Made by a program: the position numbers and the translations under genes
Shown: piece after piece, positions 1 to 10,614 of the stretch
Numbering within the stretch: the stretch's first letter is position 1
Layout: each line of letters begins with the position of its first letter
The notes under the pieces: model-generated
What the model was told of the DNA's origin: nothing
The model's input: only the letters and a program-made list of their open reading frames with translations
Databases searched by the model: none
Source: Polynucleobacter sp. AP-Elch-400A-B2
Lineage (GTDB): Bacteria; Pseudomonadota; Gammaproteobacteria; Burkholderiales; Burkholderiaceae
Direction: 5' to 3'
NCBI RefSeq assembly: GCF_018688355.1
Contig: NZ_CP061317.1
Coordinates: forward strand, 878,066-910,065
Length of the DNA stretch: 32,000 bases

Positions 1-1137
1 AACGGTTGTTAAATCGCCAATAGAAACTTTGCTTGCTGAGGTTTCAATAGCTCCGCCATCACCACCAAGGTTGCCAGCTTTAGCGCTAATACTTCCATTA
101 ATACTAGTAGTGCTTGATAGGTTACTTAAGTCCGCAATGATGGCAATAGTTCCACCATTACCTTTACTGGTGGGTGCTGCATTAGCGCTCATATTCCCAC
201 TATGAGTAATAGAGCTGCTAGCCTCCAAAATAATACGGCCACCGCTTTGGGTAATACCATCAGCCTGAATATTCCCTGAATTAATAACGCTTCCTGTGAG
301 CTGATTGACTGCTCGTGCCGAAAGAATAATTAGGCCATCAGGCGCTTGAATCGCAAGTTTATTTTCTACTAAGGTCTTAATCAGACTAGGAGCGATTGTT
401 AAGCTACTGAGCTTTGCAAGATCCCCAAAGTTAAGCGTAATAGCTTCGCCGCCAGCCAATGCAACCGTTCCTTGATGTGCTACTAGGACGCCATTATTTT
501 GAACTTCTGGAGCAAGTAGGGCGATGTAACCACTAATACCAGATTTAATCGTGCCATCATTAATAACGGAACCAGTCGAGCCATTACGGCTAAAGGTATT
601 GCTACCGTTCATAAAATCAGCATCGCCCATTTGGTGAGTAGTTGCCACAATGCCGCCAACATTGACATTAGCTCCAGGGGCAAAGTACACCCCCGCTGAA
701 TTCATTAAAAATACTTGGCCATTGGCATTGAGGTTGCCGTATATCTGACTTGGATTGGCACTATTGACCCGATTTAGTGCCACCGCGCTAGCACTGGGCT
801 GAACAAAGTTCACTGTCGCGTTTGAGCCAATATCAAAGCCATTCCAGTTGATCGCTACGCGATTACTAGTCTGGTTGATATTCATAGTGCTACCAGCAGT
901 ATTGATCGTTGCGCTACCTGCAGCAACTGTACCCCCAACGGGTAATTGATTTGGAGATGGTGGGGCGGCAATACTCACTCCCGACAGCATTGCTCCAGCA
1001 AAGAAAATATGACGACATCGGCGTGAAGCTGATTTTTGTTTGCCGTGTGATTTAGTGATTTCGCTTACAGCTACCCAAGCGTTACAAGAAATACTCCAGA
1101 TAACCTTAAATGAGCGATTGAGTGAATTAGACGAAAT
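1..1137 (-). CDS. TpsA-type large exoprotein (filamentous haemagglutinin family), N-terminal part only; continues past the window start
   Basis: Absent from the ORF track because it runs off the edge. My minus-strand translation gives ..NRSFKVIWSISCNAWVAVSEITKSHGKQKSASRR (extended signal peptide region). It continues LPVGGTVAAGSATINTAGSTMNINQTSNRVAINWNGFDIGSNATVNFVQPSASAVALNRVNSANPSQIYGNLNANGQVFLMNSAGVYF, a classic TPS/haemagglutination-activity domain. It lies directly downstream of tpsB. The start codon is uncertain: first ATG at 990, possible ATT at 1137. Confidence 0.85.
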   Translation of the reverse strand, partial: MSSNSLNRSFKVIWSISCNAWVAVSEITKSHGKQKSASRRCRHIFFAGAMLSGVSIAAPPSPNQLPVGGTVAAGSATINTAGSTMNINQTSNRVAINWNGFDIGSNATVNFVQPSASAVALNRVNSANPSQIYGNLNANGQVFLMNSAGVYFAPGANVNVGGIVATTHQMGDADFMNGSNTFSRNGSTGSVINDGTIKSGISGYIALLAPEVQNNGVLVAHQGTVALAGGEAITLNFGDLAKLSSLTIAPSLIKTLVENKLAIQAPDGLIILSARAVNQLTGSVINSGNIQADGITQSGGRIILEASSSITHSGNMSANAAPTSKGNGGTIAIIADLSNLSSTTSINGSISAKAGNLGGDGGAIETSASKVSIGDLTTV

Positions 1138-1146
1138 ACACCTTGC

Positions 1147-2814
1147 TTATATTGGTAGTGAGGCTGTTAACCAGAAACGATTGCTGCTAGTCCCGCCATT
1201 ACCATTGAATGATTGGGTTACCAATGTGGGAAGGGTTCCAGTACGCATTGCCCAGATTGCTTTAATTTGTAATCCCAAGGGTCCAGACCAGCCAAGGCTA
1301 CTTCCAAGACCTTGCAGTACATAAGTATTGTTCAAGGGGGCGCTGTTGAAATTGCTTGTTTTATAGGTTTGCACATTAGCGTAGTCATAAAAGCCTGTGA
1401 GCAATAATTTCATAGGGAGTGTCTGGCGTAATTCAAAGGTCATTAAATTTCCTTGACTAGCATTTCCTTGGCCCGTTGCGTAGGCTCGAACACTATAAGG
1501 TCCGCCTAAATAAAGCTGCTCCGAAGAGTCTAAATTTTTGCTAGCAAACTGTCCTGAGGCGCCAAGATAAGCTGATAGGCTAGATGTAATTGCTTGGAGT
1601 CGATTGGCTGCATAACGTAGCTTAGTAAAGTTACCGTTTACTTGGGGCCCAATGACATCAGATGATAAAGATGGTGAGGTATTGAGGTTAACCGCTCCCC
1701 CAGAAGCCATTAAAGATCCAGTGTTAATACCGCCGCCAGCAAAACTATCCAGTAAGTTACCACTGAGGCCGCCTAGAAAAACGGAAGTACTGTATTGACT
1801 GGTTGTTGCGCCATTAGCGTTATTGTTAAAGCTACTGTAGTTGTAATTACCCAGCAAGAAAAGATTGGCTGGTCGACTCCGAATAATTGGGTAGGTTAAT
1901 TCTGCCCCACCGGTGCTGGAGGTGCCGTTAGCAAATAATTGATTAAAGCTGGAATTAACGACCCGATAGGAAAGATAGCTACCGTTAATGCCAACTCGAA
2001 GTCCGTCAGATCCGATAGGGGTAGTTAGCGCAACTCGGCCGTAGTTGGTGCCTTCTGTATAAAGACCATACACGTTGACCTGTTCGCCTAAGCCAAGAGG
2101 CCCGTTAATATTAAGACTTGCTGTTGCTCTGTTTTGGCCGGTTGAAGATTGGCCAAAATTATCAACTCCTACCATACCATCAACCAATGGTTTATCCGTA
2201 ACAGTTAGCAAGATGTTGGTTTCCCCTCGCTTTTTACCTTCTTGTAGTGAGCTGCTTACCTGTATCTCAGGTAGATCATTTAATGTTAATAAGGCTCTAT
2301 CTAGTGTAGATAGTGATAGGGGCGTATTACGGGGAATGGCGCTATAGATCCAATTTTCAACACGAGCCTTGCTGACACGTTTTGATTTATTGTCAATCAG
2401 AACCCCACCTAAAGAAGCTTCCATGATTTCAATAGTGACAATTCCCTCGGTGACATCTTGCTGGGGAATCTGGGTCTTAATGAGCCAACCTTTATCTCGA
2501 TAAAATTCAGCGATAAGGTCTGCCGCCCCTATGAGATCATTAAAGGTGATGGGGCGATTAAGATACCCAATAACTAAACTATTAAGCTTCTCAGAAGAAA
2601 CTTTAGTATTGCCAATAAATATAAACTGCTTTGCAATGATAGTTCCTGCTTTAGAGGTTGCGCCCTTGTCTAACTTAGGTTGAATAATGTTAGGTGTGAC
2701 TTGAGGTAGGGCAGCATCTTGCTCTTGACTTCGAATTTCCTGCAAAATTGAGCCGGCAGAAGTTTGTTGTGCAAATGAATTAGGCATCAATAAAAGTAAA
2801 GCAAGCGTCATCAC
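1147..2814 (-). CDS. TpsB outer-membrane transporter of two-partner secretion (ShlB/FhaC/HecB family)
   Basis: 555-aa ORF with signal peptide MMTLALLLLMPNSFAQQ. POTRA-like N-terminal region (FIFIGNTKVSSEKLNSLVIGYLNRPITFNDLIGAADLIAEFYRDKGW). Long G/S/N/Y-rich beta-barrel-like remainder. Immediately followed by a TPS-domain ORF. GTG at 2814, ATG at 2811. Confidence 0.9.
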   Translation of the reverse strand: MMTLALLLLMPNSFAQQTSAGSILQEIRSQEQDAALPQVTPNIIQPKLDKGATSKAGTIIAKQFIFIGNTKVSSEKLNSLVIGYLNRPITFNDLIGAADLIAEFYRDKGWLIKTQIPQQDVTEGIVTIEIMEASLGGVLIDNKSKRVSKARVENWIYSAIPRNTPLSLSTLDRALLTLNDLPEIQVSSSLQEGKKRGETNILLTVTDKPLVDGMVGVDNFGQSSTGQNRATASLNINGPLGLGEQVNVYGLYTEGTNYGRVALTTPIGSDGLRVGINGSYLSYRVVNSSFNQLFANGTSSTGGAELTYPIIRSRPANLFLLGNYNYSSFNNNANGATTSQYSTSVFLGGLSGNLLDSFAGGGINTGSLMASGGAVNLNTSPSLSSDVIGPQVNGNFTKLRYAANRLQAITSSLSAYLGASGQFASKNLDSSEQLYLGGPYSVRAYATGQGNASQGNLMTFELRQTLPMKLLLTGFYDYANVQTYKTSNFNSAPLNNTYVLQGLGSSLGWSGPLGLQIKAIWAMRTGTLPTLVTQSFNGNGGTSSNRFWLTASLPI

Positions 2815-2994
2815 TGGATATATAAAAAAAACTAGAAAACAATCCGTTAATTTTTTTTTGTGAGTTGTATTGATAGTTTTGATAAGTGAACCCCTGGATT
2901 TGTTAATCCCTTCAAATTTAAATTCGCATGAATGTGAAGGGCCGAATAAGTCGGAAATTTAGAGCTAATTAAAATCTAGCTCTTTAATTGGTGG

Positions 2995-3390
2995 CTATAT
3001 CAATGCAGATTTATGGACGGCAATATAGGCAAGAGCTTCTTCACGCGCCCTTTTTTTAAGTGTGTCTGATGAAATCGATTGAATGCCAATGGTTGCAGCT
3101 TCAGAAAATTTGCTCACCACTAAACGTCGCATTTCATCTATTTGCGCTAAGGCATATTCAATATTAGGAAATATTGCAGGCATTTCTAATAGCCTACCGT
3201 CCTCAGTCTCAAAGGAGGTTTGAACTAAAATGCCCTTTCCAGTAGTTTCAATGATGAAAATACTGCGGCCTACGATAGAGTCTTGCTCGGTGTCTGGTAT
3301 GTTTAATTCATCGTGCAGCAAAACATTTTCTTTTAAAGTGATCATTTGACTCCGATAACTATTTGGTTTGAGTAAATCATTTGGCGCCAA
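2995..3390 (-). CDS. hypothetical protein (131 aa by track; more likely 116 aa from ATG 3345)
   Basis: Open frame with no recognisable motif. The internal ATG at 3345 is preceded by GGAG (3353-3350). Confidence 0.45.
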   Translation of the reverse strand: MAPNDLLKPNSYRSQMITLKENVLLHDELNIPDTEQDSIVGRSIFIIETTGKGILVQTSFETEDGRLLEMPAIFPNIEYALAQIDEMRRLVVSKFSEAATIGIQSISSDTLKKRAREEALAYIAVHKSALI

Positions 3391-3432
3391 CTAGTGATTA
3401 ACGATCAATTTTAAAATCTTATTTGCCTATTT

Positions 3433-3454
3433 ATCCCCCTTATGTAAGGGGGAT
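3433..3454. promoter_or_regulatory. perfect 10-bp-arm palindrome atccccctta-tg-taagggggat in a divergent intergenic region
   Basis: Read directly. The arms are exact reverse complements. It lies between the divergent 131-aa gene and the LuxR/HD-GYP gene. Confidence 0.4.
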
Positions 3455-3641
3455 GTTGTTATAAGAATAAGATTTTTCATTTAGGAATTAAGAGTATCCT
3501 AAAGCGATAACCTTCTTAAATATGACCCCTAAATTATTTTGCCAATCTCCCATGGTGCAATACAAACTCCGTGAAATTGAAATATGCCCGTCCCAACACT
3601 TAATCTAATTTCAATAAATTACCCATTGAGGATCTATTTTC

Positions 3642-5147
3642 ATGCATAGATTCAACCTAACCAAACAAGAATTGAGTGTTTTGAGTTATTTAAATGAAGG
3701 ACTGACAGTAAAGGCCCTTGCAAAGAATCTCGATATATCCACACACACCGTTAATGGGCACATGAAGTCCATCTATTTCAAGATGAATGTAAAGTCTCGT
3801 GGAGAGGCTCAGCATAAATTTAATGCGTACAAGGCTGTCATTGCTAACGAGGAACTAAGTTTCCAAAATAAAGAAAAGGCAAAGCGGGCTGAAGAACTTG
3901 TTATTGCAAATAGTGAAAAAGCTGATCGTGCAGCAGAACTAGTCATTGCTAACGAGGAACTAAGTTTCCAAAATAAAGAAAAGGCAAAGCGAGCTCAAGA
4001 ACTTGTCATTGCTAATAGTGAGAAAGCTAATCGTGCAGCAGAACTAGTCATTGCTAACGAGGAACTAAGCTTCCAAAATAAGGAAAAGGCAAAGCGGGCT
4101 GAAGAGCTAGTTAATGCTAATGTTGCGAAAACTTATCGTGCAGCAGAACTAGTCATTGCTAACGATGAAAAGACTTATCGTGCAGCAGAACTAGTCATTG
4201 CTAACGAGGAACTAAGTTTCCAAAATAAAGAAAAGGCAAAGCGGGCCCATGAACTCGTCATTGCCAATAGTGAAAAGGCTGATCGTGCAGCAGAACTAGT
4301 TATTGCCAATAGTGAAAAGGCTGATCGTGCAGCAGAACTAGTTATTGCTATTGGTGAAAAAGCTGATCGTGCAGCAGAACTAGTTATTGCTATTAGTGAA
4401 AAAGCTGATCGTGCAGCAGAACTAGTCATCGCTATTAGTGAAAAAGCTGATCGTGCAGCTGAACTTGAGGCCATGCTATTGGGCAAGAACTCAACTAATA
4501 AAAAAGTTTATCAAACTGAGTCTCAATTCTTATCATGTCTTAATGCTCTTGCCATGGCTCGTGATAACGAAACAGAAAACCACATTCTTCGCACCCAGCA
4601 TTATGTTAAAACAATCGCATTAAGATTAAAAGAAATGGGAAATTACAAAATTGAGTTGAGCGATGAAATGATTAAACTTCTATTTGAGGCTGCATCATTG
4701 CACGATATCGGAAAGATAGGAATTCCCGATAGCATCCTACACAAGCCGGGACGATTAAATGATGAAGAGTGGCAGGTTATGAAAACACACGCTTCTATTG
4801 GCCAAGCTATTCTTGCATCTGCTGAGCTCAAAACTAAAGGCGGTAGTGGTGTAATAGCAGTGGCGATTAAGATTGCCGCGGAGCATCATGAAAAATGGGA
4901 TGGCTCCGGATACCCAAGCGGTTTAAAAGGTGAGGAAATATCGTTACCTGCACGCATTATGGCGCTTGCAGATTTTTATGATGGCCTGATGAGTAAGCCT
5001 ATTTATAAATCTGGATTGAGTCATGAGGATGCTGAAAGCGAAATAGCATCTCAACGTGGCGCACACTTTGACCCTCTAGTAGTAGATGCTTTTATGTTGG
5101 AAAAAGCTGGATTTTTGGCTATCCATTCAAAATATAAGGATCACTAA
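3642..5147 (+). CDS. LuxR-type HTH / long coiled-coil repeat / HD-GYP domain protein (putative c-di-GMP phosphodiesterase)
   Basis: N-terminus [51 protein letters not shown] is a LuxR/GerE HTH. C-terminus has [34 protein letters not shown] and [16 protein letters not shown], the HD and GYP motifs. The middle ~208 aa are tandem repeats. Confidence 0.9.
   Translation: MHRFNLTKQELSVLSYLNEGLTVKALAKNLDISTHTVNGHMKSIYFKMNVKSRGEAQHKFNAYKAVIANEELSFQNKEKAKRAEELVIANSEKADRAAELVIANEELSFQNKEKAKRAQELVIANSEKANRAAELVIANEELSFQNKEKAKRAEELVNANVAKTYRAAELVIANDEKTYRAAELVIANEELSFQNKEKAKRAHELVIANSEKADRAAELVIANSEKADRAAELVIAIGEKADRAAELVIAISEKADRAAELVIAISEKADRAAELEAMLLGKNSTNKKVYQTESQFLSCLNALAMARDNETENHILRTQHYVKTIALRLKEMGNYKIELSDEMIKLLFEAASLHDIGKIGIPDSILHKPGRLNDEEWQVMKTHASIGQAILASAELKTKGGSGVIAVAIKIAAEHHEKWDGSGYPSGLKGEEISLPARIMALADFYDGLMSKPIYKSGLSHEDAESEIASQRGAHFDPLVVDAFMLEKAGFLAIHSKYKDH
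3837..4460 (+). repeat. in-frame tandem repeat array: 21-aa units ([21 protein letters not shown]) and 14-aa units ([14 protein letters not shown]), order A B A B A B B A B B B B B
   Basis: Read from the translation and DNA. The last five 42-nt units (4251-4460) are nearly identical at the nucleotide level. Confidence 0.95.
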
Positions 5148-5187
5148 CTACTTTAGATTAGACTTTGTCATTCATTAGTAATCATAG

Positions 5188-5440
5188 TGTAAGACTGTTT
5201 TCTGAGCAGCAGTAGTTCATCGCAGCTCTGATGCTGTCGTGTCGGGTAAAACGACAGTAAATAATTCAGATCGCCCAAACGCAAATCTGAAATTAAGCTA
5301 GCAAGTGTCGTGTAACGAGACGCTTATGATGAGTAATTCATCGATTCTAATTACTTCAGACTCCATAGAGCTTGACTCTACAAACCCTTTAAAGATTGTA
5401 GGATACTCCAAGATAGAATTGGATTTGCAGAGATTAGATT
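5188..5440 (+). pseudogene. degenerate duplicate of the island left junction plus the first ~35 codons of an integrase gene
   Basis: 5188-5345 aligns by eye with 9045-9195. Example: aataattcagatcgcccaaacgcaaatctgaaa..gcaagtgtcgtgtaacgagacgctt versus aataattcaggtcgcccaaacccaaatctgaaa..acaagtgtcacgtaacgagacgctt. The following MMSNSSILITS.. resembles the integrase N-terminus MNNLSLLFAS.. and then stops. Confidence 0.6.
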
Positions 5441-5565
5441 GAGGCTTGTGGAGTCATTTTTCCCAACTCTAAAGTCGGTGCTGGAGGCGTCTTTAAAAAG
5501 CGATAAACCCTATCTAATACAAAAGAAGTAGCAATTACTATCTCTTAAAGGCACCCCCAGATATC

Positions 5566-7719
<2,154 letters not shown>

Positions 7720-8376
7720 TTAGATCTCCTTGTAGGTAAATCATTTGTGGTTTTTCAACCTTGACTAGTTCAGACTAACTGATAAAGCAATTGTTCGTAT
7801 ATATTGGGCTGACTTATCTATTCACCAGCCATGTATACGATCAGAATATTCATGATCCGCCTCCTTTGGTGGGCCCGGGCTTCGAAATTCTTACCAAATC
7901 CCTGTCGTATTGATTTTTAAGGAAGTACAAGCCTTCCGCTATCCCAGCTAATCTATTTTGGATTCTCATTTTTAATTGCCTTCGTGTTGTGTGTTGCAAT
8001 GGGTTTATATTGTTCCTTAGCAATCGATCCGTCTAATGAATTAAATAAGTTTTACTGATCTATTAAATTGATTACAAAACTCAATTCATTTTTTTGCAGT
8101 CCATGCTAATCCAGAGGGTTAGGAATGAAGATGATTGCTTGTTGGTGATTAACGTTCAAGCCCCCTTTGGGTCGGATCAGGTCTATTGCGAGCTTTTGGA
8201 TTTAAGAGCTCATATCGGCCATGATCCACCTACCCAAGATTACTTTGTTTGGTTACCTATGGGCTGTAAGTCTTCTGGTGGTCACACTAGTTGACTGTAT
8301 TGCTATTGACTTAATATCACTCCAATATAAGCTCTCGTGACAAACGATTGGTTTTACTACCCCTTAGGAGGGTCTT

Positions 8377-8943
8377 ATGTATCAAGCAAATGAAAAATTA
8401 GTTCAAGCCCATCATAAATCAATGGAATCAGTTCATGCTTTAAGTCAACTTGCTTTTGAGAATAATCAAAGTTTGGCTCAAATTCACTATGATGCAACTA
8501 AAGAAATGCTTGCAATGGTTCAAGAAAAATCAGCAGAAATTCTCAAGCTAAAAGACCCCAAAGAAATTATGACCATCTTTAGTGTTCATGCTCTTCAAGA
8601 GGCATCCGCTGGTGTTGTTGCATATCAAGCTAAAGTGAATTCAGTATTGCGTAAAAGTCATCATGAGTTAGTTGAAATGACTGATTCTGCAATTGAGCAT
8701 GCTAAAGAGCGATTAAATGACTTGGTGGACGAAGCTTCTGCTAAAGCTCCCACGGGCTCTGAGGCATTTACAGCCTCTTTTAAGGCTGTATTTGAGGCTG
8801 CGCTCCAAGGCTTTGATCAAGTTCGCTCATCTGTACATACTGCTTATGCTAATTTTGAGAAGAGTGCAGATGGCGCATTAAATTCGAATGAACATGTTGT
8901 TCAGACAGCTACTAAAGCTCGCAAAGCAATTACCGCTTCTTAA
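8377..8943 (+). CDS. phaP: phasin family (PHA granule-associated) protein
   Basis: 188 aa, helical, Ala/Glu/Lys-rich. LKDPKEI and KAPTGSEAF segments resemble Burkholderiales PhaP. AGGAGG sits 6 nt upstream of the ATG. A terminator follows. Confidence 0.7.
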   Translation: MYQANEKLVQAHHKSMESVHALSQLAFENNQSLAQIHYDATKEMLAMVQEKSAEILKLKDPKEIMTIFSVHALQEASAGVVAYQAKVNSVLRKSHHELVEMTDSAIEHAKERLNDLVDEASAKAPTGSEAFTASFKAVFEAALQGFDQVRSSVHTAYANFEKSADGALNSNEHVVQTATKARKAITAS

Positions 8944-8965
8944 TCTCAATATTGATGAATGAGAT

Positions 8966-8988
8966 GGCCACCTTCGGGTGGTTTTTTT
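8966..8988 (+). terminator. rho-independent terminator after the phasin gene
   Basis: ccacc-ttcg-ggtgg stem-loop followed by T7. Confidence 0.75.
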
Positions 8989-9151
8989 ACTTTTGGGTGA
9001 ACGACAGCAGTGGGTCGATCTCTGCCTGCCATACTCAATTTAGACTAAGGTCTGCTTTAAGATCAGCAACAGCCTGTTGCGGCCCTGACGATGTGGTGTC
9101 GGTTTGACCGATTCTAAATAATTCAGGTCGCCCAAACCCAAATCTGAAACT

Positions 9152-10390
9152 ATGCTACAAGTGTCACGTAACGAGACGCTTGTAATGAATAATTTATCGT
9201 TGTTGTTTGCTTCAGCTATCGCTGAAGAGCCCATCAAACTCCTTGACGGTCTTCTCACTCTCTATAAGAGACCTAATAGTCACCATTGGCAATGCCGTTT
9301 CAAGCTCGCTACTGGCTCTTGGCATTCTGCCAGTACTGGATCCGATCAAGTGGCCGAGGCCACGACCCAAGCCATTGCCATCTATGAAACAGTCAAGGTC
9401 AAGCTAGCCAGCGATCTAGCCGTTAAGACTCGCACCTTTCGCCAATTGGCTACGCAAGAACTGGCTGCAGCTGCCCGAGTAGTTCAAGCCAATCCTAATA
9501 AACGTACTCATGCGGACTACATTCATATCTTTACCAAGTACCTGATCCCGTTCTTTGGTGCTTATCAAATCAATGACATTACCCAGGAAGTAGTGGATGA
9601 CTATGTAGCCTGGCGAATATCCCGGATGGGCAAGAATCCCAAGACCTATACCCAAAGGCGCCATGCTGGTCTTTATAAGCGTGTAATAGAGCGAGCCAGG
9701 GATCAGGGATTAATTCACCGGCATCGAACTATTCCATTATTGGAAGTTAATGCCGATAGGGCAGAGATCAGGCCAGCATTCAATCAACAAGAAGTCCATT
9801 ACCTATTGGAATACATGTGGGATTGGGAGCGTTTTGGCCGCAATCAACGCAGTAATCACATGAGAAGGCTCTGCAGGGTCTATGTGGAGTTCTTGTTAGG
9901 AACAGGCATTAGACAAGGAACGGAGAGCATGCCAATACGTTGGCGTAGTCTGCAATGGCATTGGATTGGTGAAAAACGCTACTTACGGATTTGGGTATCA
10001 GGCAAGACGGGGCCGAGATATTTGATTGCCCGCCACTTTGTCATCGATAGTCTAGAACGATTAATTGCTTGGCAAGCTTTACCTTATCCAAACCTAGATG
10101 CTGTGATTGAAGCAAAGTTGGATCGCAAGGTCTTCGTATTTCCAGAAGGTGATGCGCCTCACAGTCTAGATAGTGTGTTTGAGCGGCTCATGGTTGAATC
10201 TGGTTTGTTTAAGGATGCTACTGGCAAGAATAGAACCTTGTATAGCCTACGACATACTTATGCCACATTCGCACTAGCTGAAGGTATTGACATACATACC
10301 TTAGCTAGGCAAATGGGTACTTCGACTTTAATGATTGAAAAACATTACTCAAAGCTCACTCCTATGATGGCGGCCGCCAAGTTAGCTTAA
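9152..10390 (+). CDS. tyrosine recombinase / phage-type integrase (true start may be ATG 9185)
   Basis: 412 aa. Catalytic-domain motifs LGTGIRQGTE (Arg I), YSLRHTYATFALAEGIDIHTLARQMGTSTLMIEKHY (HxxR .. H .. Y). Confidence 0.9.
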   Translation: MLQVSRNETLVMNNLSLLFASAIAEEPIKLLDGLLTLYKRPNSHHWQCRFKLATGSWHSASTGSDQVAEATTQAIAIYETVKVKLASDLAVKTRTFRQLATQELAAAARVVQANPNKRTHADYIHIFTKYLIPFFGAYQINDITQEVVDDYVAWRISRMGKNPKTYTQRRHAGLYKRVIERARDQGLIHRHRTIPLLEVNADRAEIRPAFNQQEVHYLLEYMWDWERFGRNQRSNHMRRLCRVYVEFLLGTGIRQGTESMPIRWRSLQWHWIGEKRYLRIWVSGKTGPRYLIARHFVIDSLERLIAWQALPYPNLDAVIEAKLDRKVFVFPEGDAPHSLDSVFERLMVESGLFKDATGKNRTLYSLRHTYATFALAEGIDIHTLARQMGTSTLMIEKHYSKLTPMMAAAKLA

Positions 10391-10394
10391 AACC

Positions 10395-10586
10395 TTACTT
10401 CTTGGATATTCTTGGAGATCTCATTTTCTTTACAGAAATAATCTCCCCAAAATCCTTTCCTCTACCATCTGCCCATTCATCTAGGCAAAATACTACCCAG
10501 TTGATCATGGCACCCATTTCTGAATCAGCTTCGATTTGATAGATGTTGTCACTTGCTTGATTGGTTTTTACTCGATACATAGTCAT
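10395..10586 (-). CDS. small hypothetical protein (63 aa, MTMYRVKTNQ..)
   Basis: The track ORF 10395-10709 overlaps the upstream gene. The internal ATG at 10586 has GAGAGG 7 nt upstream. Last gene of a minus-strand operon. Confidence 0.45.
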   Translation of the reverse strand: MTMYRVKTNQASDNIYQIEADSEMGAMINWVVFCLDEWADGRGKDFGEIISVKKMRSPRISKK

Positions 10587-10614
10587 GATGATTCCTCTCT
10601 TGTTAGTTTTGGCG

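Noticed and set aside
1040-1324. 94-aa plus-strand ORF spanning the tpsB/tpsA junction, and 2075-2347 inside tpsB
   Set aside because: Both are antisense to strongly supported TPS genes.
2824-2859. A8 and T9 homopolymer tracts upstream of tpsB as phase-variation switches
   Set aside because: The tracts are short, sit in generally AT-rich promoter DNA and are not positioned between recognisable -35/-10 elements. There is no evidence of variability from a single sequence.
3837-4460. Regular tandem repeats that could be mistaken for a CRISPR array
   Set aside because: The units are contiguous with no unique spacers, are in frame and translate into a heptad coiled coil inside a long ORF. No cas genes are present.
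4175-4486. 103-aa minus-strand ORF ([10 protein letters not shown].. repeats), plus ORFs 4438-4623 and 4643-4831
   Set aside because: They are antisense or out-of-frame shadows of the LuxR/HD-GYP gene. The open frame is an artefact of the tandem repeats, and the products have no start context.
7921-7937. Hairpin ggaag-tacaagc-cttcc in the katG-phasin spacer as a tRNA anticodon arm or small RNA
   Set aside because: The loop lacks the U33/purine-37 pattern on either strand, and there are no flanking acceptor, D or T arms.
8094-8294. 66-aa ORF upstream of the phasin gene
   Set aside because: It has a TTG start, no RBS and an odd composition, and it overlaps the likely phasin promoter region. 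It is treated as non-coding.
9111-9160. Island left junction as a decayed tRNA 3' half (shares ttctaa, aggtcgc, aatc with the tRNA-Arg fragment; gtcggtt resembles a D loop)
   Set aside because: Only about half the positions match after introducing gaps, and no T-arm pairing survives. This cannot be distinguished from chance by eye.
9040-9664. ORFs 9040-9258(-), 9207-9407(+), 9416-9664(-) around the integrase start
   Set aside because: They overlap the integrase frame or the junction repeats and have no RBS or motifs.
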